Origin: Candidatus Moraniibacteriota bacterium | Lineage (GTDB): Bacteria > Patescibacteriota > Minisyncoccia > Moranbacterales > UBA1568 | DNA: 64,000 bases | Assembly: GCA_016699425.1 (NCBI GenBank) | Contig: CP064975.1 | Location: forward strand, 322,979-386,978 | Direction of reading: 5' to 3' | Shown here: positions 63,900 through 64,000 of the stretch, one piece after another | How positions within the stretch are numbered: the first letter of the stretch is position 1 | How the letters are laid out: each line of letters begins with the position of its first letter | The notes under the pieces: generated by a model | What the model was told of the DNA's origin: nothing | What the model saw: the letters and a program-made list of their open reading frames with translations, nothing else | The model's database searches: none | Translations under genes and position numbers: made by a program

Positions 63900-64000
63900 T
63901 TTCTAGTTTTTAGGGAGAGACTGCCAAACAAGAGAAAGTCTCACACTAGTCACTAAGATTCTAATCACTAACAACTAATATTTTATGAAGTGGAACCCAT

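Overview
This window is a GC-rich, very gene-dense stretch of bacterial chromosome. About 65 CDS are called and nearly all are on the plus strand, with short or overlapping junctions. I found no rRNA, tRNA, CRISPR or transposase genes. In order the content is: the 3' end of uvrA; an orphan nucleotidyltransferase-fold gene; a type IV pilus/pseudopilin operon (pilC, three prepilin-like genes, pilM/N/O); rlmN, capA, miaB, xth, rarA, bcp and pepA; a partial division/cell-wall cluster (mraZ with MraZ-box repeats, rsmH, ftsL, ftsI, murF); and a surface-polysaccharide region in which the dTDP-rhamnose genes (rfbC, rfbB, rfbD, rfbA), galU, a GT4 glycosyltransferase, a DUF4012-like protein and murJ are interrupted by AT-richer inserts. 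After that come lepA, trxA, yjbQ, mltG, dnaJ with a canonical CIRCE operator, a stand-alone receiver protein, recJ, rnhA, a MacAB-like efflux module, a frameshifted TrbC/VirB2-like pilin fused to FN3 and Cys-rich domains, PBP1A (minus strand), an ABC-F ATPase, and secD/secF, where SecD carries an inserted parvulin PPIase domain. The least explained and most interesting locus is a self-contained minus-strand unit at about 29.1-30.5 kb. It consists of three tandem small-membrane-protein cassettes, each preceded by the same structured ~80-nt leader that shows compensatory hairpin changes, and it has its own promoter and terminator. Other unexplained structure includes a 580-bp intergenic region upstream of lepA holding a small zinc-ribbon ORF behind a terminator/antiterminator-like leader, a candidate sRNA between pepA and mraZ, a perfect 36-bp palindrome after lepA, and a 15-bp-stem hairpin upstream of an orphan hypothetical gene. 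Several genes appear to use leaderless or near-leaderless mRNAs behind a recurring TGGTATACTGA extended -10 motif. Coordinates of non-CDS motifs were read by eye from the printed lines and may be off by 1-2 nt.
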